A DNA stretch of 64,000 bases from Prorocentrum cordatum. Its lineage: Eukaryota. The notes under the pieces were generated by a model. That model saw only the letters and a list, made by a program, of their open reading frames with translations. It did no database searches and was not told the origin of the DNA. Position numbers and translations under genes: made by a program. Below are positions 30,353 through 42,790 of the stretch, piece by piece. The DNA lies in NCBI GenBank assembly GCA_963575745.1, contig CAUYUJ010000100.1, positions 1 to 64,000 on the forward strand. The letters run 5' to 3'. Position 1 is the first letter of the stretch. Every line of letters starts with the position of its first letter.

Positions 30353-31131
30353 GTTGTGATCCCCGTTTTCGAAGTGGCTAGGAGTGCTCAGGAATTGTAA
30401 ATCATCAGCTTTATCAAGCCCTTTTCCTGTAGCCAGTGTCCTGCGAGTCTCCCGAATTCCGTCTGCAGACATATGTAACCCTCGCTCCGTCATCGCCCCC
30501 TTATAAAGTATCCTAAACTATTTGCGCCCCGCTTTTGCGCAGGGGTTGGGTACGTCGCCAGGGTAATTTTATGGCCCTCCAAGGCCCTTCTTTTCTTACC
30601 GCGCATCCTCCTTCTGCGACCTGATTGTCGTCTTTGGCTCAGATTCTGGGTGTCTCAGCGGTGAGCACCGACCACCTGTTTCGCTACCAAGCGAGGAGCG
30701 CGGAGATGTGTCCGCGCAATAGCATACCTTGCATACTTCTTCCTCGCCCTCCTCCTCCTCCTCCGCCTCCGCCTCCCTCCACCCCCTCCCCTCGTCGCTC
30801 TCATCCTTCTCCTCGTCTCCTCCCCCCTGCTCCGACCGCGACCACGACCACAATGACGGCGACGACGACCTCCAAAGACCTCTCGGGGTCTCCAGAGGTC
30901 TCCGGATGTCTCTGGATGCTTCCGAAGACTGCCCACTCAGGGGGGCCTCCGAACTCCTAAACTTGCCAAGTGTCGACACATCCGCGCCTCGGGGGACATC
31001 TTCTTCCGCTGCCCACCGCGCGTACACGGGGCACGCAGGCAGCGCAGCCGACGCGCTGCCACCAGCGGCTGCGGAGGGCGCAGCAGACGCGGGGCAGGCG
31101 CGGCACGGCACCATTGCTGCTGCTGCTGCTG

Positions 31132-31162
<31 letters not shown>

Positions 31163-31500
31163 GGATCGTCGGCGGCGGCGGCGGCTGCGGCGGCGGCGGC
31201 GGCGGCGGTGGCGGGTGCGGCGGCGGCGGAGGCGCAGGCGGAGGCGGAGGAGGCGGAGGAGGTGGAGGCGGAGGGGGGGGGAGTGGCAGGGCGGGAGGAG
31301 GGGGGGGGGGGGTCGGATGAGGGCGATGGGGCAGGTCTTGGGGTCTGACCGAGGCTGCTCGTCAGCCTCGGGCTCACGGGAGCCAGCTTCTGCAGTGAGA
31401 GATTGAGCTCTTGCATTCCAGCGCCTACAGTGAGAACCTGGACCAGCATCTGCAATGGGGGAAGCCATCCTCTGCATTCCCGTGCACTCTGGGCTCACAT

Positions 31501-31706
31501 GTCCGAGCGTGGATTCGACAGTTGGGCTAGCACACACGCTCATAGATTCAACACTCTGAGGCTAGGAGACAGGGCGCCCAGTGGTGGCAACCGCAGAATG
31601 TGTCTCTGGAACATCGGGGAAAGAGCCGGGGTCATACCAGAGGGCAGAACGTCCACGCGCAGTGCCCCTCCAGTCGCGGGGACCTCGTAGGTGGAGGCAC
31701 AGTGTT
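31501..31706 (+). repeat. ~205-bp direct repeat, copy 1
   Basis: Near-identical to 32814-33020. Confidence 0.92.
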
Positions 31707-32813
31707 GCCCAGTCTTGGAGCAGTATCTCGACGATGGACTCCACGGCAAGCAGGCCGTTGGCTAGCTCGTCGTTCCTCTTGAGAGTCCAACATTCGGGAC
31801 CTGAAGCTGTGGCTACAGAAGGCGATGCTGCAGCTGCCTCTGACTGCGACGACGCCTGGGAGAAGGCACCCAGTGTAGCCAGCCATGGCCTGGCTGCTCT
31901 GGCAGATCAGGAATGCGGTTTAGCACATGGGCGAGCTCGCGACGCCGTAGAGCGGGTACAGGAACCCAGGAAGCTTATCGTACAAACGTGCTCCAGCGGA
32001 GCGGGTTGTCACGCGCAACCCGTCGAGGTCTCGCGGCTCCCTGGGGTGGGCTGTGAACTGCGCAATTGTCGGTGCTCTCGTGGGCTCCTGATTGGCACAG
32101 CGGAGTGGGGTGTCACGCAAACCCCGTCGAGACCTCTCGGCTCTCTGGGAACCCCAGTTCTGGGCGTGGAAAGTTTCGGCTTGGTGTCCTGCGGGGTTCT
32201 TGGTTTGGCTTGCCAGGGATTCCAGGTTTGGGCTCCCGATTCTGGGTCTTGCCAGGATGGATTCTGGATTATGCCTCTTTGGGAACTCTGGTCTTCGCCC
32301 GGAACAAATTCCGGGGTCTGCCTGCTGACCGGGGCTGCTGGGAGGAACAGGAGAAGCAGGGATCGAGGTGGAGAGGGGGGACCGGTGGGAGAGGAGAATC
32401 GACGAGGGGCAAAGGGGGGAGAGGGGGGAGGAACAGCCAATGTCCTCAACCATCAGCCCCGCACCACCCACCCGACCCTGGGGAGTACACCCGGGGCATC
32501 CCGAACACAGTGCTCTGAGGCCAACCAGGCTTAACCCCCCCCCCACCTCCCCCCAAACTGAGGTGTTTTTGGATTTCGCGCGTCAGCAGAGCATGTGCTT
32601 CAGCACCCCGTCTTGTGCTCCTGCAGTTTCGCGCGCAGAGGGTGGCGGAGAGGTTGCGGTGGTCGATGCCAGCTTGGCTGGGATTGTGTGATCTCGCATG
32701 GGAAATGGGCGATGGGGCAGAACCATGTGTAAACTGTGTTGTCCTAGGGGGGACGGCGAACCCTTGGCTCGGGAGTGTGGTATAGAGTTTGTTCTTCCCA
32801 TGAAGTCTATGTG

Positions 32814-33020
32814 GTCCGAGCGTGGATGCGACAGTTGGGCTAACACACACGCTCATGTATTCAACACTCTGAGGCTAGGAGACAGGGCGCCCAGTGATAG
32901 CAACCGCAGAATGTGTCTCTGGAACATAGGGGGAAAGAGCCGGGGTCACACCAGAGGGCAGAAAGTCCACGCGCAGTGCCCCTCCAGTCGCGGGGACCTC
33001 GGTGGTAGAGGCACAGTGTT
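32814..33020 (+). repeat. ~205-bp direct repeat, copy 2, abutting a MITE
   Basis: gtccgagcgtggat.cgacagttgggcta...gaggcacagtgtt is shared with copy 1. Confidence 0.92.
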
Positions 33021-33021
33021 A

Positions 33022-33199
33022 CTCCAGATTTCGTAATAAAAGGGAGGGGGTCTGGACCCTCCAAGACAAGCCATTTCAGACCTCCCCCGTGGGAGAACCC
33101 TCCAGAACATCGTCCCCAGACCCCCCAGGCCCTCCAAGATAGCCTGGAAGAACCCCCCCCCGAAATGAGACCCCCCTCCCTTCATTACGAAATCTGGAG
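33022..33199. mobile_element. MITE, family E, Tc1/mariner (Stowaway)-like with TA flanks
   Basis: TA|ctccagatttcgtaataaaagggagggggtct ... agacccccctcccttcattacgaaatctggag|TA. Confidence 0.8.
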
Positions 33200-34351
33200 T
33201 ATGCGAAGTAGTCAAACCATAGTCGGGGGACGTTTTTTCTGCTGTTTTCGACCCTTGCTGAGCACTCTTTTCTGCATATTTTCTGGTTTTCGCCGACGGT
33301 CCGCCTGCAGGAGAGCATGCCCGACCCGACCCTCGCGCGGGGCGCTCCCGGGGCGACCGCGGGCGTGCCCGCGGGCGGGCACCCGCCGAAAGCCCAGGGT
33401 GCCCCACCAGGTCCCCAAGCCTCAGGCAGACCGAGCGTGGGCCCCTACAGTCGGGGCCCTGAAGAAGGAACCCTTTTCGCTGGGGAGGGGCTCGGCGTTC
33501 CTCGGCTGTTTCGAAGTCTGCCCCGGGTTTTCCTGAGGTCTTCCATCGGACATCGAGGCTGAACTTTTGGGAGAAAAAGGGGCCTCGTTCCCTATTCTGG
33601 GTTCCTCAGGTCAAGGCCCCGACTGTGAGCGCAGACGTCGCTCCTCGGGGAAGGAGTCTGCCGGGGAACGCACAACGACACAAGCGCGCAGCAGCTCGGA
33701 GGCCCGCGCGGCTCCTCGGACCGGCGCTCGACGCCCCGCCCCCGGCGCGCGGAGCGCCGCCATGGGGGCCCCTCCGCGTCAGGGGCGCCGCCAGGGGGGG
33801 CCCCAGCGCCGATCGGAGGAAAATCCGCGCGCGCCTCCGAGCGTTTGTATTCTGTCGTTCTTTAAAACGACGCGAGGATCGGGACAAAATCGGATCGGGA
33901 TAGCTCGAAATCTCTGAGAAACGGCGGGTTTGGAGGATGTATTGGGCGCCGCGGCCGCTCCAGAGCGTTCCGGAACGCTCTGAGAGCGCTCCGGAACGCT
34001 CTGGAGCGATTTATCCCGATCCTAGCCCTGTTTTATTCTTCTTCCCCTACCAGTATCCCTGATGCAAAGACGGGGACCTCAGTGAGGCCCCGACTTCACT
34101 GTGCTATTCGGGTCAGGGGTTCTCTTGTTTTAGGCTGTGCCCCAGTTTTGTGTTGTCTGTGTCATTGCTTTGCTCCCTGGTCAGATTCCCTTTTCGTGGA
34201 CTCACTGTTTTGGGAGAATGTGCGCGCCGCTGTGGCGAGAGCCGCATTTTGGAAGCCACGAACCCTACAACCGTGTCATGATTGGAGCTTCGTAGGTTTC
34301 GCCGGGTATGTTGCAAGGAAGTCTGCATCGAAACATCTGGCCACGCCTGGT

Positions 34352-34580
34352 GAGCGTTTTCTGATCCGGCGTTTCGACACTGGGCGCAAAGGGTGGGAGG
34401 GGGGTGTCTGGCTCCGGACCTCTGCTCGGTGCGACTGCTTGGAACAGTGCGTCCTAAGGGGGAAGGCTCCGCCTGCTCGAAACAGGCGCCCAAAACAGCC
34501 AAGATCTACTCCATGGGGGAGGGGCGAGGGGGGGGGGTGCGAGGGCCCGCGCCGATCGACGAAACACGAAATAAAAACGA
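34352..34580 (+). repeat. Dispersed repeat, inverted copy at ~46230-46452
   Basis: cctgctcgaaacaggcgcc.aaaacagccaagatctactccatgggg and ggcgtttcgaca.tgggcg.aaaggg match the reverse complement of the other locus. Confidence 0.8.
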
Positions 34581-34798
34581 TCACCTGCAGACGCGTGTGG
34601 TGGTGCGACAGGGGGAGGTCTCCCCCCCCCCTGGTGCCCGCTCCGAGGCCGCGGCCGAGGACGAAGCAGGCCGTCGCGCGCGTGGGGGTCGCGCGGTGGG
34701 GCCTGGCTGGGGGCACAGGAGGAGCACGGAGCAGTAGGCGTGGTGACGACGCTGATGATGGAGGTGGTGGCAGGTGGTGATCATAGTATCGGGCGACG

Positions 34799-34951
34799 AA
34801 ATCTATACATATCCACTGCTCCCTGGCCAGGCCCATCCCGAACCCAGCAGCGGTGTATACGCCCTCTTGGCCAAGCGAGGAGGGCGTGGCGTACACACAG
34901 CTGCTGGGTTCAGGATGGGCCTGGCCAGGGAGCAGTGGATATGTAAGATTT
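34799..34951. repeat. Near-perfect ~63-bp-stem hairpin (foldback element)
   Basis: catatccactgctccctggccaggcccatcc.gaacccagcagc and its reverse complement at ~34880-34951. Confidence 0.92.
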
Positions 34952-35657
34952 TGTGGCCCTATAGTAGTGATGATCAGGCTGGGGATGAGGATGGCGATGG
35001 TGGTGATGACGATGATGGTGGTGATGGTGATGATGATGGTGATGATGGTGTCCTCGATTCATTTGGAAGGTTTTTTTGAGTCTGTCGATCACCAGGTCAG
35101 TGCAACGACAGACTTGCAGAAGTCGTGGCAGCAGATTGAACCAAATGGACCAACTGGATGATGCAAACGTGGGAATCATTTGTGATGGTAGGAGGAGAGG
35201 ATCTGCCTGATCAGCGTCCGCCTCACTGCTTGAAACACATTGGTATAAAAATCGCGGACATGTCAAGCATATTCGTTGCAATGCCTAGAACGTTTCATCA
35301 CACTGCAGTCTCATCATTTGCTGCCGAGCTGATGGCGGTATATTTATTCACGGGGCTTCTTGCACAGGCATGGCTAGGCGGCTCTTGAACTCAGACATTC
35401 GGCGAGCTCGAAACAACAGCGAGTCGGGCGTGGAGACGCACACCAACCGCCGACGTCCCGCCGCCCGCAGCGGCCTCCGCCTTCCGCCTCCGTATATCTC
35501 TGCGAGCCTGTTCGGCCTCGAGGCCGCCACCAGCGACTGACGCCCTCGAGGCCGTACGCCGCGCAGCACCATTCCCCGGTCGGACCCCCCGCGCTGGCCT
35601 CCAACCGCGGCAGTCTCGGCGAGCACTGCATCCAATTCGAAGCAGAGACAACTCTGC

Positions 35658-35796
35658 AAACCTAAGCTTTCGACGCTCCGCGCGGCTTTCTTGGATCGGC
35701 GCATGGGCCCCCCTGGCGGCGCCTCCGCCGCCCCTGGCCGCGCGCCAGGGAGGGGGGTTCAGCGCAGATCCAAGCAATCTGCGCGGAGCGTCAACA
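35658..35796. mobile_element. MITE-like element, family F copy
   Basis: gacgctccgcgcgg...cttggatc ... gatccaag...ctgcgcggagcgtc; homologous to 42047-42199. Confidence 0.65.
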
Positions 35797-36330
35797 CGAG
35801 GCGTGCGCGAGCCCCTCGGCAAGATCGGCGCTGCCGCCGCCGCACTCGGTGCGCGGCTGGCGGGCCGACCCGGCAGTCTCCTCGTCCCCGCGCGGGTGGG
35901 CCACGAGGGTGGCCGCCACGGCCTGCAGCCAGCTTTCCAGCACCTCGATGGCCTGGCACGTGCGCTCAAAAGAGTCCGCCGTCTCCGACTCCTTCGGTAG
36001 CAAGTCATGGGAGCCTTGTGTACTCTCGTAATTCTGTCTTTAGCGTCGATTGGCGTTGATGAGCGTCCGGGAGTCGATGAGATAGCGCCCATTTAGCGAC
36101 TGTTAGCCTCGATTAAGCGTCGATTAAGCGTCGATTAACGTCGATTCAGCGTCGATTAGCGTCGATTTGCAAGAGCCGTCAAGATGTTATGGGAGGCTCC
36201 CATGAGTTGCCACCGAAGACTCCACCACCGACTCAACCGCCGACTCGACCTGAGCAGCAGCCATGGGCTCGACCTGGCGCTCTGTCTTGGTCGTGTCCCG
36301 CTTCGAGCCTGCCGCCGACTCTGCCTGGCC
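35797..36330 (-). CDS. Putative coding exon(s) of an unknown protein, interrupted by the family B element
   Basis: Removing 35992-36222 joins ...QVESAVESVV to ESETADSFERTCQAIEVLESWLQAVAATLVAH in frame. Confidence 0.45.
35992..36218. mobile_element. MITE-like element, family B, copy 2, with ACTC target-site duplication (Introner candidate)
   Basis: actc|cttcggtagcaagtcatgggagcct ... aggctcccatgagttgccaccgaag|actc. Confidence 0.8.
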
Positions 36331-37235
36331 GGGGCCTCTTGGAGGCATGCTGAAAGCCACCTCGAGCATTCTTGGGCTGTATTGGGCCATCGTGGAGGCC
36401 ATCTTGGGCTATCGAAGACATAATGGAGCCATACGGGACCATCTCGGACGCTCTTATCCCTTGCGAACTCCTCAGTTCAGACCCAGGGGAGAGGGTTGGG
36501 GGAGAAATACACCCCTCCCCGAAGGGGAAGAAGGGAGTCGGAAGATGAGGCACCTTTAACAGCCTACGCCCAGAGGGCCAGTGGACTTCAATAATGACCA
36601 GGACAAGTTTGACGGTCAACAAAAGCAAATGTCGACCACCAGTATGGTTTACGCCCCCACTTCTGATCCCTCGGGACGCCGCCACGCGTTATGCCTGCCG
36701 AGGTGCAGGATTGGACGGCTGCAGCACCGCCTCGGTGGCTCAGTATCCGCATCCGCCGCACACCGCCGAGCGAGCGACACCGTGCAAGGTGCGACCACGC
36801 CAGGCCACCAGGCCACCAGGCCACAGCGGATTGGGAAGCATTGAGTCCCCTGTCTGGGCGGGCCGCGGATTGGGAGGCGTCAGTCCCCAATCCTGGGCGG
36901 GCCTGTTCTGTGCCCAGGATCCGTGCACACGCACGCCTCTGGCTAGGATCCGTGGGGCTGGCAGTCGTCGGCTGCGCACAGGAGTGACCATTCGCTGGAG
37001 AGACCCTTCGGTTCGCGCTGTGCGCACACCGCCGAGCGAGCGCACAGCGCGAATGGCGCACCGGGCCACCCGCCCCCGAGAGGCGGCACGCCACCCGCCG
37101 CAGCGGAGCACGCCATGCCAGCAGCACCGCGCCTGCCCGGCCCCTCTGGGGGCCACCGCCGGGCCCTGCCCCGCCGCTCCTCCGGCGCCTCGGCACCTTG
37201 GGGGCCCATCCTCTGGGAGCCCCACAGACCACTTG

Positions 37236-37426
37236 GTGAGATATCGGGGGTGGACAGACCTCCTAACAGTGACACGTCGATTAGTGAATTGTCCGTTTTC
37301 GGTTCTCGAGAGGGCGCCGCGGCCGTTATTTTCCAGGCTTGCGCCCGCCAGGTTTGGGCCCGAGGTCGGTTTCACTAAACCACGTTTTACTACAGGGAGG
37401 TCTGTCCATCCCCGAAGATACCTCAC
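37236..37426. mobile_element. MITE-like element, family G
   Basis: gtgagatatcgggggtggacagacctcc ... ggaggtctgtccatccccgaagatacctcac. Confidence 0.75.
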
Positions 37427-38239
37427 TAGCTCAAAACAGGCGCCCAATCCCAAACACGCGAGGGCCAAGACAAACGCAGGATCCTCGAGTCTTCGGGTGG
37501 GGAGATTTCGTGGTAGGGTCTTACCGGGGAGGACAGCGACGAACGCAAACCATACCCCGAAGTCTTTGGCGGATGTTCGAGTCTTCGGTGAATCCGCGAT
37601 TTTGGGATTAGGACTGCGTTTCTTCTTGGCCAATATCAGGCGGGGGGGACCTGGAGTACCCCAAAGAAGTCACCGCCGGGTTTTTTGGGACCACGGGGTC
37701 GCACCGCCGGGTTGCGCGCCTCCTGGACCCACCAGCGTTCGGGACATTCTCGACAAACCACGCGAGTCCCCAAGCCGGGCGGCGACACCACATCGCCCGA
37801 GACTCCCCGCCGGGTGTTGTCACCACCACGCTTGGGGAGTACCAACATCCCCCCCCCCTGCCGCGTGTTCTGCTCGCGGCGCCTGGGGCCCAAGAGGCCG
37901 ACGCTGGGGTTGCCTCTGCCTTCTCGCCCCTGCCGCATTTTGGCGTGCCGCCCCGCCTGTGATTGGCTGTGCGGCCCTCGTGGCCGAGGGGCTGCCAGCT
38001 TGGCCCGATCTGCTCGTCATCGGCGCTGCTCGTCGTCAAGAGTAGCGTCGACCTGGCCGCTCGGAGGAGGACCAAGCCAGACGTGTCCTACTTGCATGCC
38101 GCACGATCCCCTCGATGTCGCAGGCACAGGTCTTGGGCGCCCAAACGGGGAGCCGGCAGGGTGTAGTTCACTTCTCTTTCGACACGTGGTTGGATACAAC
38201 AGCGAAACATGCCCGCGTAGTGGGGATCGCCTTCGTGAG

Positions 38240-39430
38240 CGTGTGCAGAACAAGCAGATCCGGAAGGCAGCTTGGAAAGATCGGACGAATTTGATCAATG
38301 ACAATTAAAAACGCGTAAGCTGGGAGGCCGTACAGTCTTCGGAGGGCGCCGCAGGGTAAACACGCGAGAATCCGAGATTTGAACAACACCCTCACCAACA
38401 CCGGTGGCTAGCCAGACGCCCTAGCAGACTTTTATGAGAAGGCTCAGTGGGACGTCAAGTTCGCAGATGTTTTCGCTGTTGCTTCAGACGCCCTTGGTGG
38501 CGAACTGCCAGTTGCCATACATTGGATGAGCTCCCTTTTGCTTTGAAGAAGATGAGGTGTTGAAAAGCATCAGGTCCTGACGACGTCCATTACGATTTGT
38601 TGAACATGCCATCTCATTATAGTGATGCATGCACGGTTCTTCTTGAAATTCGTTAAACACGTTGAGAAATCAAGAAGGGCGAATGTTGTTCAAATATTCA
38701 CGAAAGAAGATGTCAAGTCGCCAAGGAACTAACGCCCAATGTCTATTCGGAACGCTATTTCACAGCTGCTGTTTTATTGCTGATGTACCACGGAACAGCG
38801 AAAAGCCACTGGTATGGTGCAGGGATGCGCTTATCCCCATATCTGCTCGCTGCTGTTCAAGCTGGTATGTCACACCACGAACCATTATGTGTGGTAGCGC
38901 GAGACGGATTGTACGCAGACGACGCAGTTTTAATTCCAAAGCACGTATCTCGCGTTCAAGCGTTGTTGAGCGTTTTGATTTCGGGGGGGGGGCAGAATAC
39001 AGCATGCAGTTTAACTGGGACGAAACAGTAGAACTTCAAATGTCGATCCACAGCTCTGTAACAAGATTAACCGGAAACCATTCGAACGCGTCAGTCCAGT
39101 GATCTACCGCGGAGGTTTGATTACCAGAATTGGCCGCGTGGGACACGAGTTCAATCGACGATTGGGCGTAGGCAGCGCTGTATTTCGAGCGGAGTTCACA
39201 GTTTGACATTCTTTCCCCGTGGCAAGCAAATGGAAACATCCAGTCTACATCAGCTGCGTCGGCAGCAACTTTTGATACACACCGGATTCTTTATGGTTGC
39301 CAAACATGTCAAGCTGCGGCTGGGCGTTTTTTGTGGCAAGTTCTTTCGCAAGGTATTGGGCAGCCCGCAGTCTTTTTCTTCGAGGGTGTAGAACGTCCTA
39401 CTGTTCTCGATCGCTCTGATTCTGCGCCTC
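38240..39430 (+). pseudogene. Heavily decayed non-LTR retrotransposon ORF2 fragment
   Basis: Broken-frame remnants QIRKAAWKDR, LADFYEKAQW, VIYRGGLIT (YLG-like) and FRKVLGSPQSFSSRV; lower-GC island. Confidence 0.5.
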
Positions 39431-39530
39431 TTTCAGGCATGTCGCGCGACCGACAGGCGCAGGTGTTCCAGAAGATCGCGCGCCAGGAGAAACAATCCGC
39501 TTGATAATTATCTTGTGTGCGACCGCCCAA

Positions 39531-39664
39531 AATGTCCCTCTACAGGAAGAATATTCAGAAATAGTCCAAACATAGCCTGGGGACGGTTTTTCTGATATTT
39601 TAATCATTTTTGAGTATTTCAATTGTTTCCTTCATAATCTGCGCGTAGGGGGACATGTCAGACC
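39531..39664. mobile_element. MITE-like element, family D, copy 3
   Basis: atgtccctctacagga ... gtagggggacatgtcagacc. Confidence 0.7.
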
Positions 39665-40675
39665 TAAAACAATTTACGAAGCACAAACGGAACGGCACAC
39701 CCAGACAACAAAAGGGCTTGTTTTGTACGCGAAGGGCAGGAGGAACCACAGTATCTTTGACACTGTCGTGGCACTCGTTCAACCCGTCGCCCTGGCAAGC
39801 AAAACGGCCAATCCATCATTGCATATAGCTTTCGAGCAACGCGTTTGGCGGTCTGCGTCCCGGCGGCGTTTAGCATTCCGCGCTCAGGTTGCGGGGATTC
39901 TTCTTCGGATCATGGGAGCTTGCTGGGGTCTCCTAGGGCTTCCCTTCGTTTTGTTCGGCCTCCTCCTGGCCACGGGACCCGCTGCCGCAGATTTCGACCG
40001 TGGTTTTCCTGCTTCGCGTAGAAGGCCGCAGGCAGAGGGACCTTGGAGCAGCAGGCCTGCGCACGGCTGTGGCCTTGACTCGGACGGCGGGGGGGCTTTC
40101 GATTTGCGTTCCTCAAGGAAGCTGACCGCAGAATGGATCATATGCTTTGGCGCACAACAGTCACGCGCCACGCACGACCACTCCAAGTCCACGAGTGGGC
40201 GCTGCAAATCATTCTCTGCTCTTTGGCAATGGTTGGCGCACAGAGTAACCAGGGCGTCCGTCTCAAGCATCCCGATCCCGACATATTTGGGGCAGTTTTG
40301 TTTGGTCCCGCATTCTACACGCGCGTAAGATACTGACTTTAGGACAATTTTGTTGTTGTTCCGTGGGATGGCGGTCTAGAAGAGTCTGTCGGTTGCGTTC
40401 GTCTTCAGCCTACCCACGGCGATTTCGATCAAGTTCGAATTTTATATCCAGGGGCAGGACGGAACAGACTCCGAAACCTGGGTAGCTGCCGGGCGGATTG
40501 CGTGCCGTCAGAGCAATGCAACGGGATGATTCAGAACGTCCCCAGTTTGACTGCGAGGTACGCAGTGAATTCGGATGGGCGCGCTAGCTGAGGAAACGGG
40601 TATTGGAATTCTGGCTACACAGCCAATCAGGCGATTTGCACATGCGGGGGCGATGTGCGTTCCACGCACAAACTT

Positions 40676-41070
40676 TACAGGTCTCAAAGGCCCCACAGGT
40701 CACAGAGGACGTACATGTCGAACAGGACTCGCAAGTCCCATACGCCCCACAGGTTTCGCTGGTCCCACAGCTCCCCCAGGTCGCACAAACCCCACATGTT
40801 CCACATGTTCCACAGACCCCACAGGTCCCACAGGTCCCACACGTCGTGCGGGTACCAGATGTTCCACAGGTCTCATACGTCCCGCAGATTCCACAGGTCC
40901 CACAGGGCGCGCAGGTTGCGCAGGCATCCTGTCATCGTGTGATCTTGCCATGCTGGCATCCAGGCATCAGGGCCTCCTGGCCGCCTGGCATCTTGAGATC
41001 CTGGCATCCTGGTGTCCTGGCATCCTGGCTTCCTGGCAACCTGGCGTCCTAGCATCCTTGCTTCCTGGTA
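40676..41070. repeat. 9-bp (cacaggtcc) and 8-bp (cctggcat) degenerate minisatellites
   Basis: Read directly from the sequence. Confidence 0.75.
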
Positions 41071-41224
41071 TTCGAGCATCATCACCTGGTTAATCATCGA
41101 TGTGCACCACGGAGAGTACCATGTGAGGCCATACCGTCGGAGTAAGTCAGGATTGACTTTCGACAGTTGTGGTGGTGGTGGTGATGGTGGTGATGATGTG
41201 TGTCTGGGTGTCAGGAGAGAGAGG

Positions 41225-41255
<31 letters not shown>

Positions 41256-42046
41256 CTAGAGAGAGAGAGAGAGTGAGAGTGAGAGAGAGAGAGAGAGAGA
41301 GACCGAGAAGCAGACGCATAGCGATGTACGTACGACTCAGACAGGGCCATCCAAGGCAACCGTTCGAGGCGATGCCCCGCGCGGGATCTCCGGGCGGAGG
41401 GAGGGAAGGGATGCGACGGACGCGAGTGCAGGAGACGGGGCAGGGAACGGGACGAAGGTTCGAGCGGGTCCCGAGCATTGTCGGTGGTCATGCAGGCGGT
41501 TTTACTGAGCGCCGAGTCCTGGGAGTCCAGCCTCACCCAGAATAGTGGTGATTGCCTCGTCATTTTGATCATGGACGTTTTTTTTCAAGCATGTTCTGTC
41601 GGTTGCTAGTATCACGTATGGATTTGATTTCGGAAGCAAGGGGCTCTGTCCCCCCGTCGGCACCTCGCGGCAAGCCTTCTCTGAGGATGATGGGGAAATG
41701 AGGATGAGGAGCATACTGACGCATAGTAGTTCCCAACTCCCACTGGCTGTCTGCTTAGTTGCTCCGCGCCCAATCTTTTACAAATTGTTTCGGCATCTCT
41801 TGCCCTCCGCACTGGTAGCAGCCTTAATTTGTTACCGGATGCCTACGTCGGCGCATGCATTGTTTGAGGAACGCCACAAGCCTGGCCTCAGTGTCCGCCC
41901 AAACGAAAAAAGGAACGTAAGGGCTTCTCTGCTCCTGCAGCGGTCGGCGGCCGGATCAGCCGAGAAGGAAGATCGTCCTGAGGGCAATGGGGTCTTGAGT
42001 TGTCAGAGAAGCGGTTCCGGATTTTGAAAAAGAGCAAGCGTCATAC

Positions 42047-42199
42047 GCATAAACTCTTGGCGCTCCGCGCGGGTCTCTTGGATCCGCGCTGGGGCCCGCT
42101 GGCGGCGCCTCCAGCGCCGCCCCTGGCGCGTTCCGCGCGCCAGGGAGGAGGGTCCAGCGCAGACCCAAGAAATCCGCGCGGAGTGCCAAAAGTTTATGC
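42047..42199. mobile_element. MITE-like element, family F, best-preserved copy
   Basis: gcataaactcttggcgctccgcgcgg ... ccgcgcggagtgccaaaagtttatgc; relatives at ~33703-33832, 35658-35796 and 46460-46545. Confidence 0.8.
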
Positions 42200-42274
42200 T
42201 TAAGTCGTTTTTTTTGTTTTTCTTTTGTCTTTGTTTTTGTTGTTGCTGTATATTTTTTCATTTCTGAAGAATAA

Positions 42275-42790
42275 TTATTGTTGATCCCCCTCACTGGTGC
42301 ATGCGTTTTTTTCTCAATCAAAGTGTGCACCTCGACGCTCGCACCCTGTTTTTTGACAGGGAAAGTCTTGGTGCTCAAACTGGGCCCCTGGCCCCCCGGA
42401 TTACAACAACGAGGGCTCCCGCCTGAGACTTCCTCCAAATCTACTCAGGACCCCCGCTCCTGAGACTTCCTCGCAATTTACTCACGATCGGTGCTCCCGC
42501 TTGTGACTTCCTTGCAATTTTGTCAGGACCCCCGCTCCCATTTGAGACCTCCTCACAATTTACTGAGGAACGGCGCTCCCGTTTGATACTTCCTCGCAAT
42601 TGAATCAGGATTCCTCGCAATTTAGTCAAGACCTCCGCTCCAGCCAGACAACCCTTCACATGTTATTCAGGAATTGCGCTCTCGCTTGTGATTTCCATTC
42701 AATTTATTCAGAAATCGCGCTTTTGACGCTCAGGAAACACGCTGCGCAAAGGACGCCGTTACAAGTTACGTAATAATCGCGCTCTCGCCA
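42275..42790 (+). repeat. Dispersed copy of the composite repeat family at 48640-51480 (~38-bp subrepeats)
   Basis: ctcgcaccctgtttt...ctcaaactg.gcccctggcc...acaacaac and repeated gacttcctcgcaattt. Confidence 0.8.

Noticed and set aside
28690..30381. 34-aa repeat proteins from the 102-bp array
   Set aside because: G-run indels shift frames between units and all frames look equally open.
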